A DNA stretch of 59,050 nucleotides from an uncultured Bdellovibrionales bacterium (GCA_964594215.1 CAZQLN010000003.1:91447-150496), one strand, 5' to 3'. Shown: positions 19,851 to 30,413, counted from the first letter of the stretch. Notes: generated by a model not told the origin, from the letters alone. A program made the numbers and translations.

Positions 19851-21488
19851 ATGGCCAAAACAACAACACAGAAGTATATATTCGTAGTAGGAGGAGTGAT
19901 GAGTGGTGTAGGAAAAGGTATTACTACATCATCATTGGGAAATATTTTACAAGCTCGTGGTTTTAATGTTACTGCCTTTAAAATTGATCCGTATATTAAT
20001 GTCGATGCTGGAACAATGAATCCGACAGAGCATGGGGAGACTTTTGTTTTAGCTGATGGGTATGAAACAGATCAGGATATGGGTAACTATGAGCGTTTTC
20101 TGGATATCCAGCTTGATCGAGATAATTATATGACCACCGGCTTGGTCTATAAGACAGTGATTGAGAAAGAGCGTAACCTTGAATATAAGGGCCGTTGCGT
20201 TCAAGTAGTACCAGATATTCCACGTGAAGTTATTAGTCGTATCAAGCATTCGGTGGCTAAAAATAAAGCGGAGATTGCTATCATTGAAATCGGTGGCACC
20301 GTGGGCGAGTATGAAAACATTCTTTTTCTCGAGGCAGTAAGAATGCTTAAAATTGAGAACCCAGCTGATGTTATTACGGTGATGGTAAGTTATGTACCAA
20401 CACCTTCTAAGGTTGGTGAAATGAAGACTAAGCCGACTCAGCATGCTGTTCGCACACTCAATGGAACAGGTATTCAACCAGACTTCATCGTCGCTCGCGC
20501 CGACAAACCCTTAGATGAGAAACGTAAAGAAAAAATTGCTGTTTTCTGTAATGTACGTACCGAGGATGTGATTAGTGCTCCAGATGTTGAGACTATTTAT
20601 GATGTGCCAATTAACTTCGAACGTGATCATTTAAGTGATTTAGTGCTTGCTAAACTTGGCCTCAAGGCTAAAAAGAAAAACGATGGCACTTGGGCTAAAC
20701 AGGTCAAAAAACTAAAAAGCGCTAAGAAGCTAGTTCGTATCGGTATCGTGGGTAAGTACTTCAAGACCGGAGACTATGTGCTCACAGACGCTTATATTAG
20801 TGTTATAGAGGCTCTCAAACATGCAGGTTGCCAGGAAGGAGCTAAGTTGGAGCTTGATTGGTTGGATAGTACCGTTTATGAAGAAGATCCAAAACAAGTC
20901 AAAACACTTAAAAAATATGACGGTATTCTCATTCCTGGAGGTTTTGGTAGTCGTGGGATTGAAGGAAAGATTAAGGTTATTGAGTTTTGTCGTAAGAATA
21001 AGATACCGTATTTTGGGCTTTGCTATGGTATGCAGCTTGCAGTAGTGGAATTTGCCCGTAACGTAGCGGGTCTCAAAGGTGCTAATACACTCGAAGTTGA
21101 CCCTAAATCTCCTCATTTGGTAGTTGACATTATGCCAGAGCAAAAAGAAAATCTTGCCAAAAAAGACTACGGAGCTACCATGCGTCTCGGTCAGTACGAA
21201 GCAAGGATTAAGAAGGGTACACAGGCAGCCCTAGCTTATCAGAAAGGTAGTATTCTAGAACGTCATCGTCATCGTTATGAAATCAATCCTGACTATGTGG
21301 AACGTATCGAAAAAAAAGGTCTCGTGTTCTCAGCCACTTCACCGAGTGGTCAGTTGATGGAAATAGCCGAACTTCCTAAAAGTAGCCACCCATTTTTCTT
21401 AGGAACTCAATTTCATCCAGAACTCCAATCATCACTGCTCCATCCACATCCACTTTTTGTAGCTTTTATCAAAGCGGCTAAACAATAA
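19851..21488 (+). CDS. pyrG: CTP synthase
   Basis: KYIFVVGGVMSGVGKG, the glutaminase motif GLCYGMQ, and HRHRYE. Confidence 0.96.
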   Translation: MAKTTTQKYIFVVGGVMSGVGKGITTSSLGNILQARGFNVTAFKIDPYINVDAGTMNPTEHGETFVLADGYETDQDMGNYERFLDIQLDRDNYMTTGLVYKTVIEKERNLEYKGRCVQVVPDIPREVISRIKHSVAKNKAEIAIIEIGGTVGEYENILFLEAVRMLKIENPADVITVMVSYVPTPSKVGEMKTKPTQHAVRTLNGTGIQPDFIVARADKPLDEKRKEKIAVFCNVRTEDVISAPDVETIYDVPINFERDHLSDLVLAKLGLKAKKKNDGTWAKQVKKLKSAKKLVRIGIVGKYFKTGDYVLTDAYISVIEALKHAGCQEGAKLELDWLDSTVYEEDPKQVKTLKKYDGILIPGGFGSRGIEGKIKVIEFCRKNKIPYFGLCYGMQLAVVEFARNVAGLKGANTLEVDPKSPHLVVDIMPEQKENLAKKDYGATMRLGQYEARIKKGTQAALAYQKGSILERHRHRYEINPDYVERIEKKGLVFSATSPSGQLMEIAELPKSSHPFFLGTQFHPELQSSLLHPHPLFVAFIKAAKQ

Positions 21489-21496
21489 CCATAAAT

Positions 21497-21523
21497 AAAA
21501 AAGCCCTCTTACAGAGGGCTTTA
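21497..21523. terminator. bidirectional terminator between pyrG and rpmA
   Basis: AGCCCTC/GAGGGCT hairpin flanked by an A-run and a T-run. Confidence 0.6.
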
Positions 21524-21541
21524 AAATTTCAAGGGGAGAGT

Positions 21542-21829
21542 TTACTTACTCACATGTGGTTCAACATGGACAAACATACGCTGTTCGAGAGCGCCGGTAA
21601 AGCTACGAACTTTCTTGGCTTGGAATTTCACGATACCATCGATCATTGAAAAGAGAGAATCATCTTCTCCACGTTTAACATTTTTTCCAGGATGATATTT
21701 GGTACCACGTTGGCGAATGATAATATTACCTACGTTTACTTTTTGGTCACCATAAATCTTGACTCCAAGACGCTTGGAAATCGAATCACGGCCCAATTGA
21801 GTGGAGCCACCGGCTTTTCTGTGTGCCAT
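21542..21829 (-). CDS. rpmA: 50S ribosomal protein L27
   Basis: [16 protein letters not shown]... and [13 protein letters not shown]. Confidence 0.93.
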   Translation of the reverse strand: MAHRKAGGSTQLGRDSISKRLGVKIYGDQKVNVGNIIIRQRGTKYHPGKNVKRGEDDSLFSMIDGIVKFQAKKVRSFTGALEQRMFVHVEPHVSK

Positions 21830-21869
21830 AAAGGTCTAAATCTTAAGTCGAATAAAGTCTATTGAAAAG

Positions 21870-21894
21870 CATTGAGAATAGTAAGTTCTCAATG
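21870..21894 (-). promoter_or_regulatory. 9-bp perfect hairpin in the rpmA 5' leader
   Basis: CATTGAGAA (21870-78) pairs with TTCTCAATG (21886-94). On the minus strand it is followed by CTTTT. Confidence 0.35.
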
Positions 21895-21905
21895 TATACT
21901 TGAAG

Positions 21906-21933
21906 AGTATAGCATATCTTATTTAATTGTCAA
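21906..21933 (-). promoter_or_regulatory. sigma70-like promoter for rpmA
   Basis: Minus strand reads TTGACA-16 nt-TATACT. Confidence 0.55.
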
Positions 21934-21947
21934 CCACCCTCATCTTC

Positions 21948-22370
21948 ATGAGCTCTCGAGTATTTATTCAGAATTGGTTTCAGGAGAAAGGTCAAAAATT
22001 GCTTTCTACAAGCGCTTTTTTGATGGTGGCAGGACTTTCTTTTGTGGGAGGAACCCTTTTTGAGAAGGATCATACCGTAGAAGAACCCAAGCTAGTGATT
22101 ACCGTACCAGACTATGAAGCTAAAAAACAAATGCTTATTGAAGAGCAGCGGGGGACTACACTGACACCAGTAGTTAAAGAAGAGACTTCCTCAAGCGCTC
22201 TCCAGGACGAATCACAAATAAATTGTCCGTACGTAGGAAGTAAAAACTCGGATAAGTATCACTTGGCTACCTGTGGGGTAGTCAAAAGAATTAAGCCGGA
22301 AAATAAACGTTGCTTTGCTTCGCCACAAGTAGCGGAGGCTTCTGGATATAGCCCAGGTTGTGTAAAATAG
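21948..22370 (+). CDS. membrane-anchored protein with C-terminal Cys/His motif domain (Ada-Zn-like / YH..C...N..F...A..GY.PGC)
   Basis: TM helix LLSTSAFLMVAGLSFVGGTLF. C-terminus CPYVGSKNSDKYHLATCGVVKRIKPENKRCFASPQVAEASGYSPGC. Confidence 0.4.
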   Translation: MSSRVFIQNWFQEKGQKLLSTSAFLMVAGLSFVGGTLFEKDHTVEEPKLVITVPDYEAKKQMLIEEQRGTTLTPVVKEETSSSALQDESQINCPYVGSKNSDKYHLATCGVVKRIKPENKRCFASPQVAEASGYSPGCVK

Positions 22371-22374
22371 AAAC

Positions 22375-23535
22375 ATGTCACCACAAAAACAAAAACAACA
22401 ACTTAAAAAAATCAACCTGACCATTTTTTTTCTTGGTTTTCTTGATGCTTTTTTGATTTATATTCTTTCGGCTTATATCACTCCACTCACTGGAGAAAAG
22501 GCGGTAGGTTGGTTTTATCTCGTGACCTTTAGCACGGTTTTTTTAGTGCTCTTCTTTTTCCATCATATTGTCCGAAAGCTCGGTCAATCGCGAACACTGT
22601 ATTTTTTTCTTGGGGTAGCTATTCTAACCAGTGTTTTGCTTTCTCATTTTGATCTTTCTTGGGGAACTGTTTTGCTCGCCCTTTTATTTATTGTAACCGT
22701 CAACGGCGCCTATGTAGCACTGGATATTCTTTTAGAAGGATATTCCAATGATGATATGTCAGGCCATATTCGAGGGCTGAATTTGACTCTCATGAATCTC
22801 GGATTACTCCTAGCCCCATTACTTTCAGTTTTGGTTCTTAAAGAGTATGGTTATTCAGGAGTTTTCTTTGTTTTGACTCTTGGATATTCAATCACTTTTT
22901 TATACGCCCTTCTCGCCTTTCGATTTGATAACCATGTTCTCAGTCAGAAAATCCATATCTTTCACAGTATCCAAAAAATATGGCAAGAGCCAGGTTTGCG
23001 TATCATCTACGGCATTTCTTTTACGATGGAGTTTTTCTACGCTCTAATGATAGTCTATATGCCTCTTCACCTGCTTGATTTGGGTATTGCCTGGGAACAG
23101 ATAGGAGTTCTCTTTACCATCATGCTTATCCCCTTTGTTCTTATCGAGTATCCTTTAGGGATACTGGCTGATAAAAGAAAAAGTGAGAAGGAGCTCTTGA
23201 TCGTTTCACTTATCATAGCTGTCCTTTCAACCGCAAGCTTAATACTGATAACTACTCCAGATTTTACCGCTCTTGCAATCCTCTTGTTTATGACTCGAGT
23301 GGGTATTGCCGGAGTTGAGGTGCTGAGGGATTCGTATTTCTATAAGCAAGTTGATGCTGATGATACAGATGTAATCGCCTTTTTTCGTACCACACGCTCA
23401 CTTGCCAATGTAATCGGTACTATAGGGCTTCTGTTCCTGTTTCTCTTTTTCCCATTGATTGTGTTCCTTTATTTAGCAGTCTTTGTACTGCTTATTGGTC
23501 TTGGATTAGCCTTTTTTCTTGGAAGTAAAAAGTAG
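22375..23535 (+). CDS. polytopic membrane transporter (MFS-like)
   Basis: About 11-12 hydrophobic helices. No strong signature motif seen. Confidence 0.5.
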   Translation: MSPQKQKQQLKKINLTIFFLGFLDAFLIYILSAYITPLTGEKAVGWFYLVTFSTVFLVLFFFHHIVRKLGQSRTLYFFLGVAILTSVLLSHFDLSWGTVLLALLFIVTVNGAYVALDILLEGYSNDDMSGHIRGLNLTLMNLGLLLAPLLSVLVLKEYGYSGVFFVLTLGYSITFLYALLAFRFDNHVLSQKIHIFHSIQKIWQEPGLRIIYGISFTMEFFYALMIVYMPLHLLDLGIAWEQIGVLFTIMLIPFVLIEYPLGILADKRKSEKELLIVSLIIAVLSTASLILITTPDFTALAILLFMTRVGIAGVEVLRDSYFYKQVDADDTDVIAFFRTTRSLANVIGTIGLLFLFLFFPLIVFLYLAVFVLLIGLGLAFFLGSKK

Positions 23536-23604
23536 GCTAGTGGGGGTTTGAATAATTCATCTTTCAGTGCTAAAATGCTTTACTAGAGCACTAGTATCTC
23601 TCCT

Positions 23605-24318
23605 ATGCAGTATCATTTTGAGCTTGAACAGTTTCAGGGACCTCTTGATGTCCTGCTTCAGCTTATTGAAAAAGAAAAGCTTGATATCACGGAAGTTTCT
23701 CTAGCTAAGATCACGGATCAGTTTCTTCTGTATATTGATGACAACCAAGATATTCACCTCGAGCACCTTGCGGGATTTCTCTCTATCGCAACTCGGCTTA
23801 TCCTAATCAAGTCGCGAGCTCTTTTGCCGGTACTTACCTTTACCGAAGAAGAAGAGGAATCAATTCATGATCTTGAAGAACATTTGCGCCTCTATCAACT
23901 CTACCGAGAACAGGCCAAAAAACTTGAAAGCCTCTCCCAAACGAGTAGACGCCTTTTTAGTCGAGAGAGCTTTCTTGGTTTCAAGAGTGTTTATTATCCA
24001 CCGACAGATATTGATGTTCATGATCTTAAGGACGCCCTTCTCGGCATTTTAGGAACTATAGAGCCATTGGTGATTTTGCCCGAACAAGAGTTGATGACCA
24101 TCGTCACACTTGAAGAACGGATTCTTCATTTCAAAAAACACCTCACCGAAAGAGTGGAGACAAGTTTTCGTGATTTTCTTGGTGACACTACAGAGCGTTT
24201 AGATATTATCGTTTCTTTTCTTGCAGTTCTAGAACTCGTCAAACAGCGCTATGTCCACGCCAAACAACATACGGTAGCGAGCTCGATTACACTTACTCGT
24301 ACAGAAATAAATCTATGA
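23605..24318 (+). CDS. scpA: segregation and condensation protein A
   Basis: FQGPLDVLLQLIEKEKLDITEVSLAKITDQF. Confidence 0.88.
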   Translation: MQYHFELEQFQGPLDVLLQLIEKEKLDITEVSLAKITDQFLLYIDDNQDIHLEHLAGFLSIATRLILIKSRALLPVLTFTEEEEESIHDLEEHLRLYQLYREQAKKLESLSQTSRRLFSRESFLGFKSVYYPPTDIDVHDLKDALLGILGTIEPLVILPEQELMTIVTLEERILHFKKHLTERVETSFRDFLGDTTERLDIIVSFLAVLELVKQRYVHAKQHTVASSITLTRTEINL

Positions 24319-24899
24319 ACCATCCTTTAGATATCCAAGCTAATATTGAGAGCATTCTTTTTATCGAAGGTGTTCCGGTGACCGAAAAAAAGCTCGCCAG
24401 TGTTCTCGGAGTAAGTTCGAAAGCTGTAACTGAGGCGCTTGAAAGTCTTGCTGCTCGTTATGAGGAAAGCACTCATTCTGGTCTCAAACTACTTTTTCAT
24501 AAAGGAGCTGTTAGTTTGACTACCAAACCAGAGCAAGCTCCCCTTATTGATCTTCTGATCAAAGAAACACTCCAGGCAAGTCTTACTAAAACTCAACTGG
24601 AAGTGCTTGCTATTATTGCTTATCGAGGGCCAGTTAGCCGTCCAGAAATTGAAGCCATTCGTGGAGTTAATTGTAGCTTCACCCTTCGGAATCTCTTGCT
24701 TCGTGAACTTATTGAACGAGAGGGGAATCCAAGTAATTTAAGAGGTTTTGTCTATACTCTTTCCGCTCAATTTCTGATGACCCTTGGCCTGTCCTCACTT
24801 TCTGAACTACCAGATTACACAAAGTTACGAGAAGACGAAAAACTGATTCAAACTCTTGATAGTAGTTTGGTAGAGAACACTGAGTCACATGAATCCTAA
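24315..24899 (+). CDS. scpB: segregation and condensation protein B
   Basis: IESILFIEGVPVT and LEVLAIIAYRGPVSRPEIEAIRGV. Overlaps scpA by 4 nt. Confidence 0.88.
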   Translation: MNHPLDIQANIESILFIEGVPVTEKKLASVLGVSSKAVTEALESLAARYEESTHSGLKLLFHKGAVSLTTKPEQAPLIDLLIKETLQASLTKTQLEVLAIIAYRGPVSRPEIEAIRGVNCSFTLRNLLLRELIEREGNPSNLRGFVYTLSAQFLMTLGLSSLSELPDYTKLREDEKLIQTLDSSLVENTESHES

Positions 24900-24914
24900 G
24901 CCCTACTTCCTGGT

Positions 24915-25934
24915 ATGAGAAAAACCATACTTGCTATTTTTATTTTGGGGACAGTCTTTTTTTTACTGCCAGAAACAGTTGTTTTCAAGGCTGATGCGAT
25001 GGATTTCCTCGGCGCGGTCTTTGGTCAAAAAAGTCGTTTCGAAGAAACTACTTTTAAGGAAAAACCCGCCGAGCCTTTTGTAACCGAAAGTCACGCTAAG
25101 ACAGCGGGGTATCAGCCAATCGCTCTGCCGAATAGTGGTATTTATGCGGTACCTACTGCTCATGCAGCTATTATTCTTGATGCTGGTTCTGGTGATATTC
25201 TTTTTGAACAAAAAGCTCATGAGCAAAGACAGATCGCTTCTCTGACAAAAATTTTCACTGCTCTTTTAGTAGTTGAGCATGTTAAAAATCTTGATGAGCC
25301 GGTCACTATCACTGAGGAGGCTCTTAATGTGGATGGCACCAAAGTTGGTTGTCCTAACTCGGGAGTCTGTCCAGGAAACCGTTTGGTGATTGGTGAAAAA
25401 CTTACCGTAAGGAGTCTGCTTAAAGCCTCTCTTATGAATAGTACGAATGATGCTATCACTGCGCTTGGCATCCATGTTAGTGGTAGTGCCGCTGCTTTCA
25501 CTGATCTGATGAATAGACGAGCCAAGGAGCTTGGTTTGGTGGATTCACATTTTTGTACACCTTCAGGACTTGAGATAGATGGCCGTGAGAGCGAGTGCTA
25601 TTCTTCGGCTCATGATATTGCTCGTATTACCGCTGTGGCTTTGAACTATCCGGTACTTTGGGATATCATGCGTATACAGAGCGAAACCATTACTTCTATT
25701 GATGGACTTCGCACTCATGATCTTGCCAATACAGACAGATTGCTTGGTCAAATCCCGAATCTGCTTGGTACTAAGACAGGATTTACTCCCTTGGCAGGTT
25801 ACTCACTTCTTGCCGTGGTCAGTGATAATACGGGAGAACGTAAGGTTATTGCAGTGGTCCTTGATGATCAAGAGCGTTGGCAAAGCATTCCGAGTATGTT
25901 TGAGTGGACATTCCGTACCCATGAGTGGAAATAA
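24915..25934 (+). CDS. D-alanyl-D-alanine carboxypeptidase (S11, PBP5-like)
   Basis: Signal/TM N-terminus. SxxK (ASLTK), SxN (NSTND) and KTG (TKTGFT) motifs. Confidence 0.85.
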   Translation: MRKTILAIFILGTVFFLLPETVVFKADAMDFLGAVFGQKSRFEETTFKEKPAEPFVTESHAKTAGYQPIALPNSGIYAVPTAHAAIILDAGSGDILFEQKAHEQRQIASLTKIFTALLVVEHVKNLDEPVTITEEALNVDGTKVGCPNSGVCPGNRLVIGEKLTVRSLLKASLMNSTNDAITALGIHVSGSAAAFTDLMNRRAKELGLVDSHFCTPSGLEIDGRESECYSSAHDIARITAVALNYPVLWDIMRIQSETITSIDGLRTHDLANTDRLLGQIPNLLGTKTGFTPLAGYSLLAVVSDNTGERKVIAVVLDDQERWQSIPSMFEWTFRTHEWK

Positions 25935-25946
25935 ATTAAAAGCCCT

Positions 25947-27059
25947 ATGAATCCAGAAATACCCCTTGCTCAAATTCAAGATATACCGATAGTCCTCAAT
26001 ATTATCAAGGTGATGACAACGGGACTCCTCGCTTTTATTTTAGCTTTTTTGATTACCCCTCTTTGGACCAACATACTCTATCGTTATAAAATCGGTATTA
26101 AAATCAAAGAAAACTCAGTTAATGGTGAAAAGCTAAGCGTGGTGAGTACTCTTCATAGTAAAAAGAGTGGCACACCAACGATGGGCGGTCTTATTGTCTG
26201 GTTAGCAGTCTGTATCCTTGTTTTTGCCTCACACTATCTTTTTCCGTTGATTGCCACGTGGACAGATACAAACTTCATTGCACGTCTTGATTTCCTCAAA
26301 CGTTCACAAGTCTGGCTGCCATTGTTTGTTTTGGTGACTGCTGGTATTCTCGGACTCTTCGATGATTATATGAGTGTTCGAGGTATTGGTAGTAACAAGG
26401 GTGGTGGGATGCGTTTCGCTATTCGTTTCTGGTGGTTGTTTGCTATTGCTTTTGCTGGTGCCTGGTGGTTCTATTCCAAACTCGGTTGGGATGTCCTCCA
26501 TATTCCAGCAGTAGGTGATTATATGATTGGATTTTGGTATGTACCACTGTTTATTTTTGTTATTCTTTTTACCGCCATTTCTTCTAATGAAACTGATGGT
26601 CTAGATGGCTTGAATGCTGGCGTACTTCTTGCAGCTTTCGCCTCTTTCGCCCTCATTGCGTTTGCTGAGAATAAGATGGATTTAAGCGCTTTTTGTGCAG
26701 CGGTTGCTGGAGCGCTTCTGGCTTTTCTCTGGTTCAATATCTATCCTGCTCGCTTCTTTATGGGTGACACAGGGGCTATTTCTTTGGGTACGACTCTCGG
26801 AGTGGTGGCTATGCTTACGAACTCAGTATTAGCACTTTTTATTATTGTCTTTATCTATAGTTTAGAATCAGGTAGTGCGGCTATTCAAATTTTTTCTAAA
26901 AAGTTTTTCAAAAGAAAAGTTTTTCTTGCTGCGCCGTTACATCACCATTTTGAAGCTAAGGGTTGGCCAGAACCAAAAATAGTTATGCGTGCTTGGGTTT
27001 TTACAAGTCTGACAGCTCTCATCGGTACTATGGTCGCCATTCTTGGTATGGGTGTATAA
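25947..27059 (+). CDS. mraY: phospho-N-acetylmuramoyl-pentapeptide transferase
   Basis: SNETDGLDGL, FMGDTGA and PLHHHFE motifs. 10 TM helices. Confidence 0.93.
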   Translation: MNPEIPLAQIQDIPIVLNIIKVMTTGLLAFILAFLITPLWTNILYRYKIGIKIKENSVNGEKLSVVSTLHSKKSGTPTMGGLIVWLAVCILVFASHYLFPLIATWTDTNFIARLDFLKRSQVWLPLFVLVTAGILGLFDDYMSVRGIGSNKGGGMRFAIRFWWLFAIAFAGAWWFYSKLGWDVLHIPAVGDYMIGFWYVPLFIFVILFTAISSNETDGLDGLNAGVLLAAFASFALIAFAENKMDLSAFCAAVAGALLAFLWFNIYPARFFMGDTGAISLGTTLGVVAMLTNSVLALFIIVFIYSLESGSAAIQIFSKKFFKRKVFLAAPLHHHFEAKGWPEPKIVMRAWVFTSLTALIGTMVAILGMGV

Positions 27060-27066
27060 TACAAAC

Positions 27067-28125
27067 ATGGATATACGAAGTATACAGGGAGTTGATTTTA
27101 CTGATGCGCGAGTTTGTTTGCGTGTTGATTTTAATATAGAGCGCACTGGTATTGGCCATACTGAAGAACACTTTCGTATTGCGGTCGTCAAAGATACTCT
27201 TGCCTATCTCTCTAAGTTTAAAGGTGTCAAAATAGCCCTCTTGACTCATCTGGGACGTCCTGATGGTAAACCAAACACGGAAGATTCTACAGAAACACTT
27301 TTACGGCCGGTGACTCAGTCATTAGGACAAAAGATTGTTTTTGTACCAGCGGTTACTGGTTCTCGAGTTGCCGATGCTCTTGATGCTTTGGCTCCGGATG
27401 AGCTCCTCCTCCTCGAAAATGTTCGTTTTGATCCTGGTGAGGAGGCTAACGACATCTCTTTTGCCTCTAAACTGACTGAACCCTTCACTCACTATATCAA
27501 CGAGGCTTTCAGTGTCTGTCATCGAACTCACGCCTCCATGGTAGCAGTTACGCACCTTTTACCAGCTTTTGCTGGGCTTCATATTCTTCGCGAATTACGA
27601 GAATTAGATTCTGTGCGCTTCACTCCGGATAGGCCTGCAGTAGCCTTAATTGGCGGTGCTAAAATAGAAACCAAATTACCATTGATCAAAGCTTTTGAGG
27701 CTAATTACGACTGTGTTCTGGTGGGTGGCAAAGTGGCCAATGAAGCTCTTGATCAGAAGATTGTTTTTGGTGAAAAAGTCTTACTTCCACAAGATTTTAA
27801 TGGTCCAGAAAAAGAAAGACTCGATATTGGCCCGACTACTATTGCTTATTATAGTCAGATTCTTAAAATGGCCAGAACCATTGTTTGGAATGGTCCTATG
27901 GGTAAATTTGAAGAAAAACCCTATAACCTTGGCACTGATGTGCTCATGCATACCATTCTCGAATCTAAGGCCAATGTAGTTGTCGGCGGAGGAGAAAGCC
28001 TCGCTGTTCTAGAACAAGCTAATGCTCTCTCTCGAGTTAGTTTTGTTTCCTCTGGTGGTGGGGCAATGCTTTCGTATCTTAGTGGTGAGGAAATGCCGGG
28101 ACTTTTAGCTTTACGTACATCATAA
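27067..28125 (+). CDS. pgk: phosphoglycerate kinase (compact, about 352 aa)
   Basis: RVDFN, LLTHLGRP, and GGGESLA...SGGGAML. The ATG at 27067 avoids overlap with mraY. Confidence 0.9.
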   Translation: MDIRSIQGVDFTDARVCLRVDFNIERTGIGHTEEHFRIAVVKDTLAYLSKFKGVKIALLTHLGRPDGKPNTEDSTETLLRPVTQSLGQKIVFVPAVTGSRVADALDALAPDELLLLENVRFDPGEEANDISFASKLTEPFTHYINEAFSVCHRTHASMVAVTHLLPAFAGLHILRELRELDSVRFTPDRPAVALIGGAKIETKLPLIKAFEANYDCVLVGGKVANEALDQKIVFGEKVLLPQDFNGPEKERLDIGPTTIAYYSQILKMARTIVWNGPMGKFEEKPYNLGTDVLMHTILESKANVVVGGGESLAVLEQANALSRVSFVSSGGGAMLSYLSGEEMPGLLALRTS

Positions 28126-28143
28126 ATTAACCGAAAATACTCT

Positions 28144-29430
28144 ATGGCTGTTATCAAAAGTATTCATTCTAAGGAAATTCTTGATTCTCGCGGTAATCCT
28201 ACCCTTGAGACAACCGTGGTACTCGCTGATGGTACCACAGGAATAGCAAGTGTTCCCTCAGGAGCTTCTACGGGCACTTTTGAGGCTATTGAGCTCCGTG
28301 ACAATGATCAGGCTCGCTATCTCGGTCAGGGAGTATTACAGGCGGTAAACAACGTCAATACACTTATTGCAGAAGCTCTTATTGGTATGGATGCCAGTGA
28401 ACAAAAGCTCATAGATCAAACTATGTGTGATCTCGATGGCACACCTAATAAAGCTAAGCTTGGGGCTAATGCTATTCTCAGTGTTTCACTCGCTGTGTGT
28501 CGAGCCGAGGCTCTTTCTTTGGGGATCCCACTTTATCGGCACATTGCTTCTTTAGCTGGATGCTCTCTTGATGCCGAGCATTTTCCGGTTCCACTTTTTA
28601 ATATCATCAATGGTGGTAAACATAGTAATTCGGGTCTTTCGGTTCAAGAATTCAAACTGGTACCATCAGGTATCGCTGGTTATCCAGAACAGTTGCAAGC
28701 AGGTAGCGAAGTATTCCATCATTTAGAAAAGCTTTTAGCCAAAGAAAATTTTGCAACGAGCGTTGGTGATGAGGGTGGGTTCGCTCCGCGTGTCGAGAGT
28801 CATAAGCGACAATTAGAAATACTTCATGAAGCCATCACAGCTGCTGGCTATACTCCTGGACAGGATATTTTTCTCGACCTCGATGTAGCGGCTGATTCAT
28901 TTTATGACCATGAAAAAGAGCAATACCATCTCAAACCAGAAAATGTTTTTCTCACTCGAGAGAGTATTATTAACCTCTACCGTGAATGGATAGAGAAGTA
29001 CCACATTGTTTCTCTTGAGGATGGTTTATACGAAGAAGACTGGGCTGGCTGGGTGGCTATGAAGGAGAAACTGGAACGCGAGAACGCTGCTTGGGGTAAA
29101 AAACTCCTTTTAGTAGGTGATGACCTTCTCGTAACCAATATTACTCGCCTTGAAAAGAGTATTGAAATGGGCGCGTCTAACACTATCTTGATCAAACCGA
29201 ACCAGATCGGTAGCCTCTCGGAAACTCTTGCTTGTATGAATCGAGCAAAAGAAGCTAAGATGGCTCGCATCGTTTCTCATCGTTCAGGTGAGACCACGGA
29301 CGACTTCATTGCTGATCTTGCCTACGGAGCTCAAGCTGAATATCTTAAAACGGGTTCACTTTCTCGAGGTGAGCGTATCGTTAAATACAATCGTCTTCTC
29401 GCTATTTGGCAAGAGATACATAAAGACTAA
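28144..29430 (+). CDS. eno: enolase
   Basis: SREILDSRGNPTLE, SGASTG..EA.ELRD, and IKPNQIGSLSET. Confidence 0.96.
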   Translation: MAVIKSIHSKEILDSRGNPTLETTVVLADGTTGIASVPSGASTGTFEAIELRDNDQARYLGQGVLQAVNNVNTLIAEALIGMDASEQKLIDQTMCDLDGTPNKAKLGANAILSVSLAVCRAEALSLGIPLYRHIASLAGCSLDAEHFPVPLFNIINGGKHSNSGLSVQEFKLVPSGIAGYPEQLQAGSEVFHHLEKLLAKENFATSVGDEGGFAPRVESHKRQLEILHEAITAAGYTPGQDIFLDLDVAADSFYDHEKEQYHLKPENVFLTRESIINLYREWIEKYHIVSLEDGLYEEDWAGWVAMKEKLERENAAWGKKLLLVGDDLLVTNITRLEKSIEMGASNTILIKPNQIGSLSETLACMNRAKEAKMARIVSHRSGETTDDFIADLAYGAQAEYLKTGSLSRGERIVKYNRLLAIWQEIHKD

Positions 29431-29435
29431 ACGTT

Positions 29436-30413
29436 ATGTGGGGGGCACCTAAAAAGGTAAGCGTTGTCGCTATCGGTTCTATCTCAAAAGATATTTTCTT
29501 TCCTACTGAGAGGGGTGTTTTCGTTGATACTCCTGAAGATATAGCCACGCCTCATAAGGTACAGTTTCCTCTCGGTGGTAAGGTATTAGTTGAAGATCGT
29601 TTTGAGGATATTGGAGGAGTGGCTGCTAATGTTTCTATTGGACTAGCTCGCTTGGGACACTCGGTTCGCATAGTGAGTCGGGTAGGGGCTGATGATATCG
29701 GTATACAGGTCATGGAACATCTCAAAAAAGAAAGAGTTTCTCTTGAAGGTCTTATTCAGCTTCCAACCACACCTTCGGATCTCTCTGCTATTTTGGTTTT
29801 TACTCAGACTGGTGAACGAACAATTTTTCATAATCGTGATGCCAATGAGCAGTTAGTGGTAGCTCCGCGTGATCTACAGAATTCTGAGTGGGTGTTTGTC
29901 TCGGCTCTCAATGGTGATTGGAAGAAAAATATAGAGACCGTCCTACTTGCTAAGGAAAAACATCAGTTTAGAATAGCTCTTAACCCTGGTCAGCATAACC
30001 TTAAAGCCGACCCGGCGTTTATGAAAAAACTCATCAATAAAGCTACAGTACTGGTACTGAACCATGATGAAGCTCTTTTTCTCTTAGGGGATACCTTTGG
30101 GCGTATGAATGAAGAAGAAATTTTACAAGCTCTTGCAGCTCTTGGACCTAAGTACATCGCTCTCACCGATGGTGCTCGAGGAGCCTGGGTTTTCAATGGT
30201 GAGAAAATGTATAGTATTGTTCCGCCACGAGTTGCTCAGGTCAAGGATACGACCGGAGCGGGGGACGCATTTGCCGCTGGTTTCTTCGGAGCCCTGTTAC
30301 ATGACCACACCATCGAGACAGCTCTCAGGTGGGGTATCGCCAACAGCATTGCTGTCATCCAAGAATACGGTGCTACCAAAGCGCTTCTTACAGAAAAAGA
30401 CATGGTCGTGTAG
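29436..30413 (+). CDS. PfkB-family carbohydrate kinase
   Basis: C-terminal DTTGAGDAFAAGF motif and an N-terminal GG dipeptide region. Confidence 0.8.
   Translation: MWGAPKKVSVVAIGSISKDIFFPTERGVFVDTPEDIATPHKVQFPLGGKVLVEDRFEDIGGVAANVSIGLARLGHSVRIVSRVGADDIGIQVMEHLKKERVSLEGLIQLPTTPSDLSAILVFTQTGERTIFHNRDANEQLVVAPRDLQNSEWVFVSALNGDWKKNIETVLLAKEKHQFRIALNPGQHNLKADPAFMKKLINKATVLVLNHDEALFLLGDTFGRMNEEEILQALAALGPKYIALTDGARGAWVFNGEKMYSIVPPRVAQVKDTTGAGDAFAAGFFGALLHDHTIETALRWGIANSIAVIQEYGATKALLTEKDMVV

Noticed and set aside
19830-19853. Leaderless pyrG mRNA from the TATAAT at 19842-19847.
   Set aside because: Only 3 nt separate the -10 hexamer from the ATG, too few for initiation at or before the start codon. 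No convincing -35 is present.
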